Below the pieces are notes generated by a model that saw only the letters and a list, made by a program, of their open reading frames with translations, had not been told where the DNA came from and did no database searches. Made by a program: the position numbers and the translations under genes. 64,000 bases of DNA from assembly GCA_913044275.1 (NCBI GenBank), contig CAJWMT010000002.1, positions 1,579-65,578 of the forward strand. The letters run 5' to 3'. The first letter of the stretch is position 1. Each line of letters starts with the position of its first letter. This DNA comes from an uncultured Cellvibrionales bacterium. GTDB taxonomy: Bacteria > Pseudomonadota > Gammaproteobacteria > Pseudomonadales > Porticoccaceae. Shown here one piece after another: positions 31,419 through 42,775 of this stretch.

Positions 31419-32426
31419 ATGGCCGGTGTCGAGACAAAATCTATCGTTAGCAATCGTCCGTCAATTATTTTTTTGCTGGGGCCTACAGCGTGTGGAAAGA
31501 CTGATCTGATTTTGAATTTTTGTGAGAATTTTCCAGCTGAGGTGATCAGTGTTGATTCAACGAAGGTTTATCGCCATCTAAATATAGGTTCTGCCAAGCC
31601 GTCTTCTGCAATGCTGAATCGAATTCCTCATTGGTTAATTAACATCGCAGAGCCAACAGAGATATATTCTGCGGCAAGGTTTGTTGAGGACTCTCTTAGA
31701 GCAATTGAGACCATAGTGGCGGAGGGCAAAATACCCGTTCTAGTCGGCGGGAGCATGATGTACTTTAATTCCTTATTAAATGGATTATCTAAATTACCCG
31801 CCGCTGATGCTAGTATTCGAACGGAACTAGAGTTAAAAATAAAAAAAAGTGGTATTCAAAGTCTATATGCCCAATTGCAGCTGATCGACCCATTGTCTGC
31901 CAGGCGACTTCATCCAAATCAAAAGCAGCGAATTATCAGGGCACTTGAAGTCTATAAGAGCACAGGCAAACCAATCTCCTCATGGTGGGAAGACCGTAAA
32001 ACAAATGTTCTAGAGGAAAAATATTCTATTTATCAATTTGGAATGATGCCTTCTGAGCGTAGCCTGTTGCATGCCAAGATTGAGAAGCGATTTCTTTCAA
32101 TGATCGCTTGCGGGTTTGCGGAGGAGGTTAGGGAACTGCATCGAAGAGGAGATCTAAATTGCCAACTGCCTGCTGTAAGATCTGTCGGTTACCGTCAATT
32201 ATGGAGCTTTGTCGAGGGAGAGATAAATTTTGAAGAGGCATTGAATCGTGGAATAGTAGCAACTCGACAATTGGCAAAACGGCAACTTACATGGATGCGT
32301 GGGTGGAATGAGTTGAACTTACTTCCTATTGATGATGGAAAAAAATTATTTTCGACAAAAAAAATTGCCGATGTATGGTTGAAAATGCTATCGAGAACCC
32401 CAATCTCACAGAAATTAGGGTGTTAG
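31419..32426 (+). CDS. miaA: tRNA dimethylallyltransferase
   Basis: GPTACGKT, ISVDS, IIRALEV, VGYRQ, TRQLAKRQLTW. Confidence 0.97.
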   Translation: MAGVETKSIVSNRPSIIFLLGPTACGKTDLILNFCENFPAEVISVDSTKVYRHLNIGSAKPSSAMLNRIPHWLINIAEPTEIYSAARFVEDSLRAIETIVAEGKIPVLVGGSMMYFNSLLNGLSKLPAADASIRTELELKIKKSGIQSLYAQLQLIDPLSARRLHPNQKQRIIRALEVYKSTGKPISSWWEDRKTNVLEEKYSIYQFGMMPSERSLLHAKIEKRFLSMIACGFAEEVRELHRRGDLNCQLPAVRSVGYRQLWSFVEGEINFEEALNRGIVATRQLAKRQLTWMRGWNELNLLPIDDGKKLFSTKKIADVWLKMLSRTPISQKLGC

Positions 32427-32509
32427 GCAAAACTCTGAATCGATCCAACCTTTGCAATAGACTATAGAGTCTATACTTAATCACTTGTCTCAAATAAAGG
32501 AGAACCTTG

Positions 32510-32806
32510 ATGTCCAAAGGGCAAAACTTACAAGACCCTTTTCTTAACGTGCTGCGGAGAGAAAAAATTCCGGTTTCAATATTTTTAGTAAATGGCATTA
32601 AACTTCAAGGCCATATTGAGTCTTTTGATCAGTTTGTTGTTTTGCTAAAGAACAACATTAGCCAGATGGTATATAAGCATGCCATATCGACTATAGTGCC
32701 GTCGCGATCAGTGAAGCTGCCGCTTGCGAATATCGGTTCATCTGGATCAGAACAGTTTGGCGGCGAAGAGCAAGACTCGGGAATCCCTTTTGATGATCAG
32801 TTTTAG
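32510..32806 (+). CDS. hfq: RNA chaperone Hfq
   Basis: [31 protein letters not shown]; AAGGAG RBS before ATG 32510. Confidence 0.99.
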   Translation: MSKGQNLQDPFLNVLRREKIPVSIFLVNGIKLQGHIESFDQFVVLLKNNISQMVYKHAISTIVPSRSVKLPLANIGSSGSEQFGGEEQDSGIPFDDQF

Positions 32807-32812
32807 GTCCGC

Positions 32813-33922
32813 GTGTCCTTATTCCTAGAACGGCATGCTGGCGGAGAACGGGCCTTATTAGTTCATCTCAAGCTAGCCGGTGATAGAGAGCAAGAAGACT
32901 TGGAAGAGTTTGAAAGCCTTGTCCAGTCTGCCGGGTGCCTACCCGTCGAAGTAATATTGGGGTCCAGGGTGGTCCCCAACCCGAAATGGTTTGTTGGGAT
33001 TGGAAAACTCGGTGAGGTGGCGTCCTATGTACAAAAACTTGCAGCTGATGTAGTGATTTTCAACCACTCCCTATCAGCGAGCCAAGAGCGTAATTTAGAG
33101 ATGAAATTATGCTGTAAGGTCATAGATAGGACGACGTTGATTTTGGATATTTTTTCGCAACGGGCACGGACGCACGAGGGCAAGCTGCAAGTAGAGTTGG
33201 CTCAGTTACAGCACCTGTCGACAAGATTGATTCGTGGCTGGACACATTTGGAACGTCAGCAGGGGGGTATTGGAACTCGGGGTCCGGGTGAAACTCAATT
33301 GGAATTTGATAAACGTCTCATAAGAAATCGAGTTGCAACGGTCAAAAACCGCTTAACTAAAGTTCAGAAACAACGAGAACAAAACCGACAGCGAAGAGCA
33401 CGATCTGGTCTGCCAGTTGTCTCGCTTGTGGGCTATACTAACGTCGGTAAGTCGCAGTTGTTCAACCAATTGACACGTGCGGATGTGTTTGTGAAAAATC
33501 AACTTTTTGCTACTCTTGATCCCACTATGCGAAAAGGTTATTTAAATGACTATGGGTCAGTAATCTTTGCCGATACAGTGGGATTTATGAGCAATTTACC
33601 ACACAGGTTGATTGAGGCATTTAGAGCAACTTTGGAAGAGGTGTGTCAGGCCTCCCTTTTGCTTCATGTCGTGGATCTGACGGCTAAAGATGTCAACCTA
33701 AGTGTTAGGAGAGTTAAGGGCGTACTGAGCGAGATCGGAGCACAAAATATCCCGGCGCTGATGGTGTATAACAAAACTGATATAGTAGAGTGCGTAAACC
33801 CTCGCTTGGACAGAGATGCAACTGGCAAACCAATTTCGGTCTACCTCTCTGGTCGCTCGGGGGCTGGGGTTGAGGATCTCAGAGTAGCAGTGGCGAGCCG
33901 GTTGCGGCTGGGACCTAAATAG
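32813..33922 (+). CDS. hflX: Ribosome rescue GTPase HflX (short C-terminus)
   Basis: EGKLQVELAQL, GPGETQLE, GYTNVGKS, FATLDPT, DTVGF, NKTD. Confidence 0.96.
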   Translation: MSLFLERHAGGERALLVHLKLAGDREQEDLEEFESLVQSAGCLPVEVILGSRVVPNPKWFVGIGKLGEVASYVQKLAADVVIFNHSLSASQERNLEMKLCCKVIDRTTLILDIFSQRARTHEGKLQVELAQLQHLSTRLIRGWTHLERQQGGIGTRGPGETQLEFDKRLIRNRVATVKNRLTKVQKQREQNRQRRARSGLPVVSLVGYTNVGKSQLFNQLTRADVFVKNQLFATLDPTMRKGYLNDYGSVIFADTVGFMSNLPHRLIEAFRATLEEVCQASLLLHVVDLTAKDVNLSVRRVKGVLSEIGAQNIPALMVYNKTDIVECVNPRLDRDATGKPISVYLSGRSGAGVEDLRVAVASRLRLGPK

Positions 33923-34184
33923 GGATTTTTAAACAGCCGGTGCTAAATAGTTATAGAGATGCAAAAATTTTGTTGCTGAAGGATGATAATTTCAGCTTTA
34001 ATTCCCTGTAGCATAGCGGCGGCCTTACAATAGTCGATCGCGGGGATATTTAGTCTAAGCAAAGCACATGACTTTCAAAACTAGGTGCGGAGAAATTTTT
34101 TTATTTCGATTATTCGAATTAACCAAGTAGAAGAGCTTGATGAATCGAGCACTTTAAACTCAAACAAGCAATTGGAGATTATTT

Positions 34185-35321
34185 ATGGGATGGAACGATC
34201 AAGGAGGAGGTAAAGATCCCTGGGGTGGGCAGCGTGGCAACGACACCCCACCGGATATTGATGAAGCGTTGCAAAAATTGAAAGAGAAATTTGCCGGTTT
34301 TGGATTTGGTGGCGGGTCTGGTGGCGACAGCTCCGGCGGTTTCGGTGGAAGATCCATTTTATTCACGGTCTTGGCGGCGATTGCGGCTCTTTGGGTTCTG
34401 GCGGGCACGTATCAAATCGATGAGAAGGAGCAAGCTATTATACTTCGGCTGGGAAAATATGCGGGAACCGTGGGACCTGGCTTGCATTGGAATCCTCCTT
34501 TAATTGATTCGGTCATAACTGTTCGAGTGACTGAAGAACGTCAGTATTCGGCAAGAGGTTTGATGCTGACAAAAGATGAAAACATCGTTGAGTTGTCTTT
34601 AACGGTTCAGTATAACGTAGCTGATGCCAAAGCCTTCGTACTGAATATTAAAAATCCTGAAATCACGTTGCAACAGGCCACCGACAGTGCTCTACGTCAT
34701 GTGGTAGGCGGTTCGGGGCTCGATGAAATTATTACCACTGAAAGGGAACGAATGGGCCAAGCTACCAAAGATAAACTCCAAGATTACCTCAATCTCTATG
34801 ACAGCGGTATAAATGTTGTTAAAATTAACATCGAAGAGGCTCGCCCCCCAACGCAGGTGCAGGCAGCTTATGACGATGTTATCGAAGCGCGAGAGGATCT
34901 CGAGCGTTACGTTAATGAAGCACAGGCATACTATAATGGAATCATCCCTCAAGCTCGCGGGGAAGCTCAACGGTTGAGAGAAGAAGCTGAGGCATACAAA
35001 TCTCAAGTTGTTTCCAAAGCGGAAGGAGAAACCGAACGCTTCTTGTCCCTATATACCGAGTATCAAAAAGCACCGATTGTTACCAGAGAGCGGCTCTACC
35101 TAGATGCACTGGAAGGCGTTATGACGAATAGCACCAAAGTTCTTTTGGATACTAAAGGTGGTAACAATATGTTGTATCTTCCGCTTGATAAATTGATGCA
35201 AACGCAAGAAACCTCAAAAAGGAGTACAGGCTTGACAGAGGAAAACTTGGATAGTGTGGTGGACCAGGTCGTTAACAGGATGCAGCGCAGTGGAGTGAGG
35301 CAAGGGGAGGGAAGAAGATGA
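34185..35321 (+). CDS. hflK: FtsH protease modulator HflK
   Basis: MGWN..DPWG..PPDIDE N-terminus, SPFH domain, RERLYL, LYLPLDK. Confidence 0.97.
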   Translation: MGWNDQGGGKDPWGGQRGNDTPPDIDEALQKLKEKFAGFGFGGGSGGDSSGGFGGRSILFTVLAAIAALWVLAGTYQIDEKEQAIILRLGKYAGTVGPGLHWNPPLIDSVITVRVTEERQYSARGLMLTKDENIVELSLTVQYNVADAKAFVLNIKNPEITLQQATDSALRHVVGGSGLDEIITTERERMGQATKDKLQDYLNLYDSGINVVKINIEEARPPTQVQAAYDDVIEAREDLERYVNEAQAYYNGIIPQARGEAQRLREEAEAYKSQVVSKAEGETERFLSLYTEYQKAPIVTRERLYLDALEGVMTNSTKVLLDTKGGNNMLYLPLDKLMQTQETSKRSTGLTEENLDSVVDQVVNRMQRSGVRQGEGRR

Positions 35322-36187
35322 GTAGGATGACAAAAGCTTTGCTGGTATTTTCGCTCCTTCTCGCAGTTCTGGCCAACAGCCTTTTTGTGATTACGGAATT
35401 CGAGCGTGGAGTGAAATTGCAGTTTGGTAAGCTAGTGGATGATGATTTGCAGCCGGGTCTCCATTTCAAAATCCCTTTTGCCGAGCAAGTACGCATATTC
35501 GACGGTCGAATTCTCACAGTTGACGCGCAACCAGATTCGTTCTTTACCAGTGAGAAGAAGCGACTTATCGTTGATTCCTATGCCAAGTGGCGTATTCAAG
35601 ATGTTGGAACATATTATAAGGCAACCGGCGGTATTGAATCTGTGGCACAAAATAGGCTTGCAAACAGGGTAAACGAGGGATTGCGCAACCAATTTGGTGA
35701 TCGAACCTTAAAAGAGGTGGTCTCAGGTGAAAGAGAAGAGCTGATGAGTAACATTACCGAAGGGCTCAATACAACCGTTTTGCAGAGTCTTGGCATGGAG
35801 GTGGTAGATGTCCGTGTGAAAAGAATAGACCTGCCTTCAGAGGTAAGTAACCAGGTTTACCGACGTATGACTGCCGAGCGAACAAAAGAAGCCACTGAAC
35901 TGAGGTCTACCGGGAAGGAGCAAGCAGAAAAAATAAGGGCCTCGGCGGATAGAGAACGTACTATCGAACTGGCTAATGCTTATAGAGATGCGGAGCAACT
36001 TCGAGGCAAGGGCGATGCAGAGGCTGCTGGCATTTATGCAGATGCATTCAGTCAAGATGAAGAGTTTTATGCATTCATGCGCAGCTTGAATGCATATAAA
36101 TCTGCCTTCTCCAATAAAGGGGATATTATGCTGGTCGAACCAGACAGCGATTTCTTCAAATATTTAAAGAATCAGGACGGTTCCTAA
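35318..36187 (+). CDS. hflC: FtsH protease modulator HflC
   Basis: PGLHFKIPF, EKKRLIVD, VRVKRIDLP, FYAFMRSL, SDFFKY. Confidence 0.97.
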   Translation: MSRMTKALLVFSLLLAVLANSLFVITEFERGVKLQFGKLVDDDLQPGLHFKIPFAEQVRIFDGRILTVDAQPDSFFTSEKKRLIVDSYAKWRIQDVGTYYKATGGIESVAQNRLANRVNEGLRNQFGDRTLKEVVSGEREELMSNITEGLNTTVLQSLGMEVVDVRVKRIDLPSEVSNQVYRRMTAERTKEATELRSTGKEQAEKIRASADRERTIELANAYRDAEQLRGKGDAEAAGIYADAFSQDEEFYAFMRSLNAYKSAFSNKGDIMLVEPDSDFFKYLKNQDGS

Positions 36188-36300
36188 TACTTTACAAGGG
36201 TCGAGAATGTCACATGGCATCTTTTGCCTTTGTAGTTGTCTTCGCTGAAGGGTTCACATGATGGCGATTACGATGCGCCGTATTTAGCAAGGATCCATAA

Positions 36301-36486
36301 GTGCTGGAGGATATGATCAGAGCTTTTGGTTTGATGTTGGTGTTTGAGGGCGTTCTGCCATTTTTAATGCCTGGACGCTGGCAGGGCCTTCTTTCATCAA
36401 TGACCTCGACAGACCAGCGAAACATCCGAGCCATAGGCTTGACGAGTATGTTGTTGGGTTTGAGCATGCTAATCTTCATGCGGTAA
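36301..36486 (+). CDS. yjeT: DUF2065 small membrane protein (YjeT-like)
   Basis: LMLVFEGVLPFLMPGRW motif; hflC-yjeT-hisZ-purA synteny. Confidence 0.88.
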   Translation: MLEDMIRAFGLMLVFEGVLPFLMPGRWQGLLSSMTSTDQRNIRAIGLTSMLLGLSMLIFMR

Positions 36487-36514
36487 AACATAGTAGCTGC
36501 TAGTAGAGGGAATT

Positions 36515-37693
36515 ATGGTTATTTCAAATCGATGGATGTTGCCGGATGGCGTAGTCGATGTTTTGCCGGCCCAAGCACAACTTTTAGAGGCGATCCGTGG
36601 TCGTATGCTCAAGCTCTTTGATTCCTGGGGCTATGACTTGGTGATTCCTCCAATGCTGGAATTCACAGACTCTCTTCATAGCGCGGCGGGAAAAGACCTT
36701 GAATTACTGACCTTTAGGACTGTAGACCCGCTGAGTGGGAAAACTTTGGGTGTCCGCCCAGATATAACTCCTCAGATTGCTAGAATAGATGCCCACAGTC
36801 TGCGCACACAGGGTCCAGCTAGACTGTGTTATGCGGGGACTGTTTTGCATACTCGCGCTCGGGATGTTTTATCGTCGAGAACACCGATTTCAATTGGCTT
36901 AGAATTATTTGGTGAGAGTAATATTAGTGCTGATATAGAGGTTGTCAGGTTGTTTTTGAAGAGTCTTGCGATCAACAATATACAAAACATTTGTCTCGAT
37001 TTAGGACATGTTGATATCTGTCGAGGGCTTCTGTCTGCTGCCAACTTAGGTGACGAAAAGGAGGCTGAATTCTTTGATCTTCTGCGACGAAAAGCGATTC
37101 GAGATGTGGGACAATGGGTATCTGAAAATGTTAGCGATGGAAAACTCTCGGAGTGGTTGTTGTTGCTTCCCAATCTAACTGGAGGTGTCGAAATTTTAGA
37201 CATGGCGAGACAACAACTTCAAGGTGCCCCGAAAGAAGTGATTGACGGTCTCGATCAGTTGGTAGCTGTGGCGTCTGCTATAAGCGATGCCGAAGCGCGA
37301 TTGTACTTCGATCTGGGAGAGTCGCCAGGCTATGGTTATCATACTGGTCTGGTGTTTGCGGCTTATATTTCAGGGTATGGTAAAGCATTGGGAAATGGGG
37401 GGCGTTATGATCATATCGGCGAAGTGTATGGGAGATCTCGGCCCGCAACCGGATTTGCTTTTGATCTGTATTCACTTATGAACGTGTCGACAGAAGATGC
37501 TTATAAAAATCCTGGAATCTGCTTTTCCGAGGGCCGTGATGCAGGATTCCTTGAGGAGGTCGATCGGCTCAGAGCCGAAGGAGAAAGGGTTATACAGGTT
37601 CTCTCTGCCGAGACGGTTGATTTAACCGAAATTAACTGTGATCGTGAGTTGATAATAGAAAATGGTCAATTTTCCATTAAAAAGCTGAGTTAG
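36515..37693 (+). CDS. hisZ: ATP phosphoribosyltransferase regulatory subunit
   Basis: RWMLPDG, RPDITPQIARIDAH, GGRYD, RPATGF; upstream of purA as in Pseudomonas. Confidence 0.95.
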   Translation: MVISNRWMLPDGVVDVLPAQAQLLEAIRGRMLKLFDSWGYDLVIPPMLEFTDSLHSAAGKDLELLTFRTVDPLSGKTLGVRPDITPQIARIDAHSLRTQGPARLCYAGTVLHTRARDVLSSRTPISIGLELFGESNISADIEVVRLFLKSLAINNIQNICLDLGHVDICRGLLSAANLGDEKEAEFFDLLRRKAIRDVGQWVSENVSDGKLSEWLLLLPNLTGGVEILDMARQQLQGAPKEVIDGLDQLVAVASAISDAEARLYFDLGESPGYGYHTGLVFAAYISGYGKALGNGGRYDHIGEVYGRSRPATGFAFDLYSLMNVSTEDAYKNPGICFSEGRDAGFLEEVDRLRAEGERVIQVLSAETVDLTEINCDRELIIENGQFSIKKLS

Positions 37694-37728
37694 ATTGCAA
37701 CAAATATTCCATGTTTAACTGTTAGTGA

Positions 37729-39030
<1,302 letters not shown>

Positions 39031-39056
39031 ATTAGTTTGCTCGGGGAAAATGAGCT

Positions 39057-40430
39057 ATGACCTCTGACATCAGTTATTCTATTTTGGACTTAATTGGCGA
39101 CACTCCGATGTTGAAATTGGGTTCGTTTGATACTGGCCTTTGTGAATTATACGTCAAGCTTGAATTGCAGAATCCGGGTGGCTCGATCAAAGACCGCATT
39201 GCTCTATCTATCATAGAGGAAGCTGAAAGATCGGGGGAGCTTGTTCCGGGGGGCACCATAATTGAAGCAACCGCAGGAAATACTGGAATTGGTCTTGCTC
39301 TTGTTGGGGCCCTAAAAGGATATCGGGTCATCCTAGTAATTCCAGATAAAATGAGTCGAGAGAAAATCTTCCACTTGGAAGGCCTTGGAGCCGAGATTGT
39401 AATAACACGCTCTGATGTTCCTGAGGGACACCCGGAATACTATCAAGACCGCGCGCGCGCAATTGCTTCTGATATCAAAGACAGTTTTCTTGCCAATCAG
39501 TTTTCTAATCCGAGTAATCCTGCTGCGCACAGAACATTCACCGCACCAGAAATATGGCGTCAGATGGATCGCAATGTCGACGCAGTGGTGACAGGTGTTG
39601 GTTCCGGCGGCACAGTCACGGGCCTAGCCCAGTTCTTAAAAGAAAAGAATCCTAAAATACAAATGGTTGTTGCTGACCCAGATGGTTCTGTTGTGGCAGA
39701 TGCAGTAACCAAAGGAGACTACTGTTACCGTGGCGGATCTTGGCTGGTTGAGGGAATTGGTGAAGATTTTATACCAGATAATTTTGATCTTTCTTTAACG
39801 GATGATGCGGTTGTAGTTTCGGACAAAGAAGCTTTTGATGCGCTTGACATTTTGTTGAGAAAAGAGGGAGTTTTGGGGGGATCATCTACCGGAACGTTGA
39901 TTGCTGGTGCCGTGAAATGGTGCCAAAAGCAAAAGGTTGCAAAGCGGGTAGTAACCTTTGTTTGCGATACCGGGAACAAGTACCTTTCGAAGGCATACAA
40001 TAAATCCTGGCTACAGGATAATGACTTGTCGGGAAAAATTTTCTCAGGGGACTTGAGTGATCTGATAAACCGTAGGGCAGATGAGAACGAAATAATTGGT
40101 GTTACAAGTTCCGATACATTGATGACGGCATACAATCGCATGCGGTCTGCAGATGTTTCTCAGATCCCGATAATAGATGATGGGAAATTGGTTGGGATCC
40201 TCGATGAAGAAGACTTATTAACGATGGTGAGTTGTGACCAATCGTCGTTTGTTGTTCCTGTATCAAAATTTATGGTAACGGATCTTGATATACTGCAAAA
40301 GGATGCGACTATTGGTGATGTGGCGGAGCTGTTGAAAGAAGGAAAGGTAGCAATAATTTTTGAAGGAGATACATTCTTAGGATTTGTAACCAAGGTTGAT
40401 TTGATTAATTATTTTAGGCGTATAGCATGA
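39057..40430 (+). CDS. cbs: Cystathionine beta-synthase (PLP type-II fold plus C-terminal CBS domain pair)
   Basis: KLELQNPGGSIKDRIA, EATAGNTG, GSGGT, VEGIGEDF; C-terminal Bateman module; followed by a cystathionine lyase. Confidence 0.9.
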   Translation: MTSDISYSILDLIGDTPMLKLGSFDTGLCELYVKLELQNPGGSIKDRIALSIIEEAERSGELVPGGTIIEATAGNTGIGLALVGALKGYRVILVIPDKMSREKIFHLEGLGAEIVITRSDVPEGHPEYYQDRARAIASDIKDSFLANQFSNPSNPAAHRTFTAPEIWRQMDRNVDAVVTGVGSGGTVTGLAQFLKEKNPKIQMVVADPDGSVVADAVTKGDYCYRGGSWLVEGIGEDFIPDNFDLSLTDDAVVVSDKEAFDALDILLRKEGVLGGSSTGTLIAGAVKWCQKQKVAKRVVTFVCDTGNKYLSKAYNKSWLQDNDLSGKIFSGDLSDLINRRADENEIIGVTSSDTLMTAYNRMRSADVSQIPIIDDGKLVGILDEEDLLTMVSCDQSSFVVPVSKFMVTDLDILQKDATIGDVAELLKEGKVAIIFEGDTFLGFVTKVDLINYFRRIA

Positions 40431-40451
40431 TCCAACTGCGATATAGAATAA

Positions 40452-41618
40452 ATGAAGAAGTCATTTAAGGGATTTGAAACTCGAGCTATACACGCTGGAC
40501 AGCAGCCAGACCCAGCGACGGGTGCGATTATGACCCCGATTTATACCACCTCCACGTATGTTCAACAAAGTCCTGGCGTCCATAAGGGCTTTGAGTATTC
40601 TAGAACGCATAATCCGACACGAAGCGCCTTGGAGAATTGCATTGCAGAACTGGAGAGTGGTGGTGAGGGCTTTGCCTTTTCGTCGGGCATGTCTGCTATT
40701 GCGACAGTCATGGAAATTCTTGACACTGGTGATCACGTGATTGCCATGGATGATCTATACGGTGGAACGTATAGGTTGTTTGAAAATGTGCGCAAAAGAT
40801 CGGCAGGCCTAAATTTTAGCTTTTGTGACCTGAGTGATGTGAGTCAGTTGGAAAAAAAATTGACTAACTCTACTCAAATGATATGGGTTGAAAGTCCCAC
40901 CAATCCTTTGCTCAAGTTGGCCGACCTCAGAGCCATAGCAGATTTTGCGAAGCGCTATAATTTGATTGCTGTGTGTGACAATACTTTTTGTTCTCCAGTT
41001 GTTCAGCGTCCCCTAGAATATGGGTTCGATATCGTGGTGCATTCCGCAACGAAATATCTTAATGGCCATTCTGATATGATCGGAGGGGTAGCGGTTTGTT
41101 CATCAAATAGGACAGATCTTGCTGAAAAAATCAGATTTCTGTCTAACTCGATTGGTTCAATTATGAGTCCGTTCGACAGCTTTTTGGTGGCTAGGAGTTT
41201 AAAGACTTTATCCTTGCGCATGGAGAGGCATTGCAAGAATGCTCAGAGCATCGCAGAGTTTCTTGAAGGTCATGGCGCAATCGACAAGGTCCTATATCCA
41301 GGTTTGAAATCTCATCCGCAATACAAGCTGGCTAGTGAGCAAATGAACGGATATGGAGGCATGATAAGCGTGATTGTCAAAGGTGGCTTGCAAAGAGCCG
41401 TTAAATTCGTGGAGAGCACCAAACTTTTTGCGCTTGCAGAAAGCCTGGGCGGTGTTGAGAGTCTGGTCGAACATCCAGCGATTATGACGCATGCCTCGGT
41501 TCCAAAAGATATTCGTGACAAGATTGGGATAGTTGACGGCCTAGTGAGGTTGTCTGTAGGTATCGAAACGATGGATGATCTTTTAATTGACCTAGAAAAC
41601 GCATTGGACGCAGATTAG
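40452..41618 (+). CDS. Cystathionine gamma-lyase/gamma-synthase family PLP enzyme
   Basis: YSRTHNPTR, ESPTNP, DNTF, HSATKYLNGHSD, AESLGGVESL. Confidence 0.93.
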   Translation: MKKSFKGFETRAIHAGQQPDPATGAIMTPIYTTSTYVQQSPGVHKGFEYSRTHNPTRSALENCIAELESGGEGFAFSSGMSAIATVMEILDTGDHVIAMDDLYGGTYRLFENVRKRSAGLNFSFCDLSDVSQLEKKLTNSTQMIWVESPTNPLLKLADLRAIADFAKRYNLIAVCDNTFCSPVVQRPLEYGFDIVVHSATKYLNGHSDMIGGVAVCSSNRTDLAEKIRFLSNSIGSIMSPFDSFLVARSLKTLSLRMERHCKNAQSIAEFLEGHGAIDKVLYPGLKSHPQYKLASEQMNGYGGMISVIVKGGLQRAVKFVESTKLFALAESLGGVESLVEHPAIMTHASVPKDIRDKIGIVDGLVRLSVGIETMDDLLIDLENALDAD

Positions 41619-41674
41619 GATGGCATTATTTATATCTGCATACGCACTCCGAGCGCACTTGTTTCTTTGCCATC

Positions 41675-42592
41675 TCAAATGGCAGATAAAGGCTGGCTAT
41701 ATTCAACCACGATTCGATCCTTGTCCAGTTGGTAAAGATGATGAACCCGTGCTGGAAGGTCATCCAGAATAAATTCCGTGATTCTTTGGTAGTGCTGAAC
41801 AAATGAACTTATTTCTATAGCATTCATGATCCCGTGGGCCATCTCTATTCCAGATTCAAGGTGCCTCTCCATCAACTTTTTTTCCTGTTCTAAGCGCCAA
41901 ATAAGAACCTGATCGAAGGACGGTGCCCTCAACATGATCCAGTGGTCAATATAACTGAAGAGTTTTTGATATGGCCCTGCGATGCAATTATTTACATATT
42001 TTCGCCATATGAAATTGGGATCGAACTCTCTTTCAAGGTTGTTGATGTCGAACTCCAGCACTGCTCTTTTCTGCGCTTTTGCACCAAGACACCAACCCTC
42101 CAAAACGATCAGATCTAATGGGTTGGATACCCGAATGAAATCTTTGGTATTGCATCGATCATCAATCGTTTTGTCAAAACGCGGAACTAGGACGTCTTCG
42201 GAACCATCGATTAGCCCATCGAGAATACGTATGGCAAGTTCGATATCATGGGTCCCCGGAACACCGCGAGTGACGAGCAAAGGATGAATTTCCTGACCCA
42301 GTTGATTCCGTTTGTTCTTCGTGTGATAGAAATCATCTATCGAGGTTGACAAGGCATTTAAATTAAATTTAGATGCAACCACAGTGCAAAGATAGTCGGC
42401 AAGTGCTGATTTTCCGGAGCCTTGTGACCCACTGATACCTAGAATGAGCGGTTGACTTCTTTTTTTTAATACGGGTTGAAGTTTCTCTATTATTGGTAGA
42501 AACCAAGTGTATGCTTGGCTCAGATAACCTGAGCTCAATTTATTGCGTAGCAGAAAAGCTTTTTCAGTCTCATTCACGAAGCATGTGCTCAA
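41675..42592 (-). CDS. GLYK-type D-glycerate 3-kinase-like P-loop kinase
   Basis: GISGSQGSGKS, SIDDFY, TRGVPGTHD, PRFDK, LEGWC, WRLEQE. Confidence 0.8.
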   Translation of the reverse strand: MSTCFVNETEKAFLLRNKLSSGYLSQAYTWFLPIIEKLQPVLKKRSQPLILGISGSQGSGKSALADYLCTVVASKFNLNALSTSIDDFYHTKNKRNQLGQEIHPLLVTRGVPGTHDIELAIRILDGLIDGSEDVLVPRFDKTIDDRCNTKDFIRVSNPLDLIVLEGWCLGAKAQKRAVLEFDINNLEREFDPNFIWRKYVNNCIAGPYQKLFSYIDHWIMLRAPSFDQVLIWRLEQEKKLMERHLESGIEMAHGIMNAIEISSFVQHYQRITEFILDDLPARVHHLYQLDKDRIVVEYSQPLSAI

Positions 42593-42775
42593 GGAAGGTC
42601 AATCGCTCAATCAAGTTAGCTTTTATTTTCGCAATTTTAAGTTACTTTTTGCAAATCGTTTAGCGGCGTGCTTGGGATTAGGTCAAAGAAATTTGTATCC
42701 AAATTCCAATTTGATTCAGGATAATTAACTTTGGAGATTATACACTCCAACGCTTTTAACTCTCGGATAAATTAA

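Noticed and set aside
33920-33950. Stop-codon readthrough extending HflX
   Set aside because: The stop is TAG, not TGA, another in-frame stop follows within about ten codons, and the sequence does not resemble the HflX C-terminal domain.
42593-42775. Pho box upstream of phoA
   Set aside because: No CTGTCAT-like 11-bp direct repeats; only a short hairpin TTGGAG-N8-CTCCAA (42731-42750) of unclear meaning.
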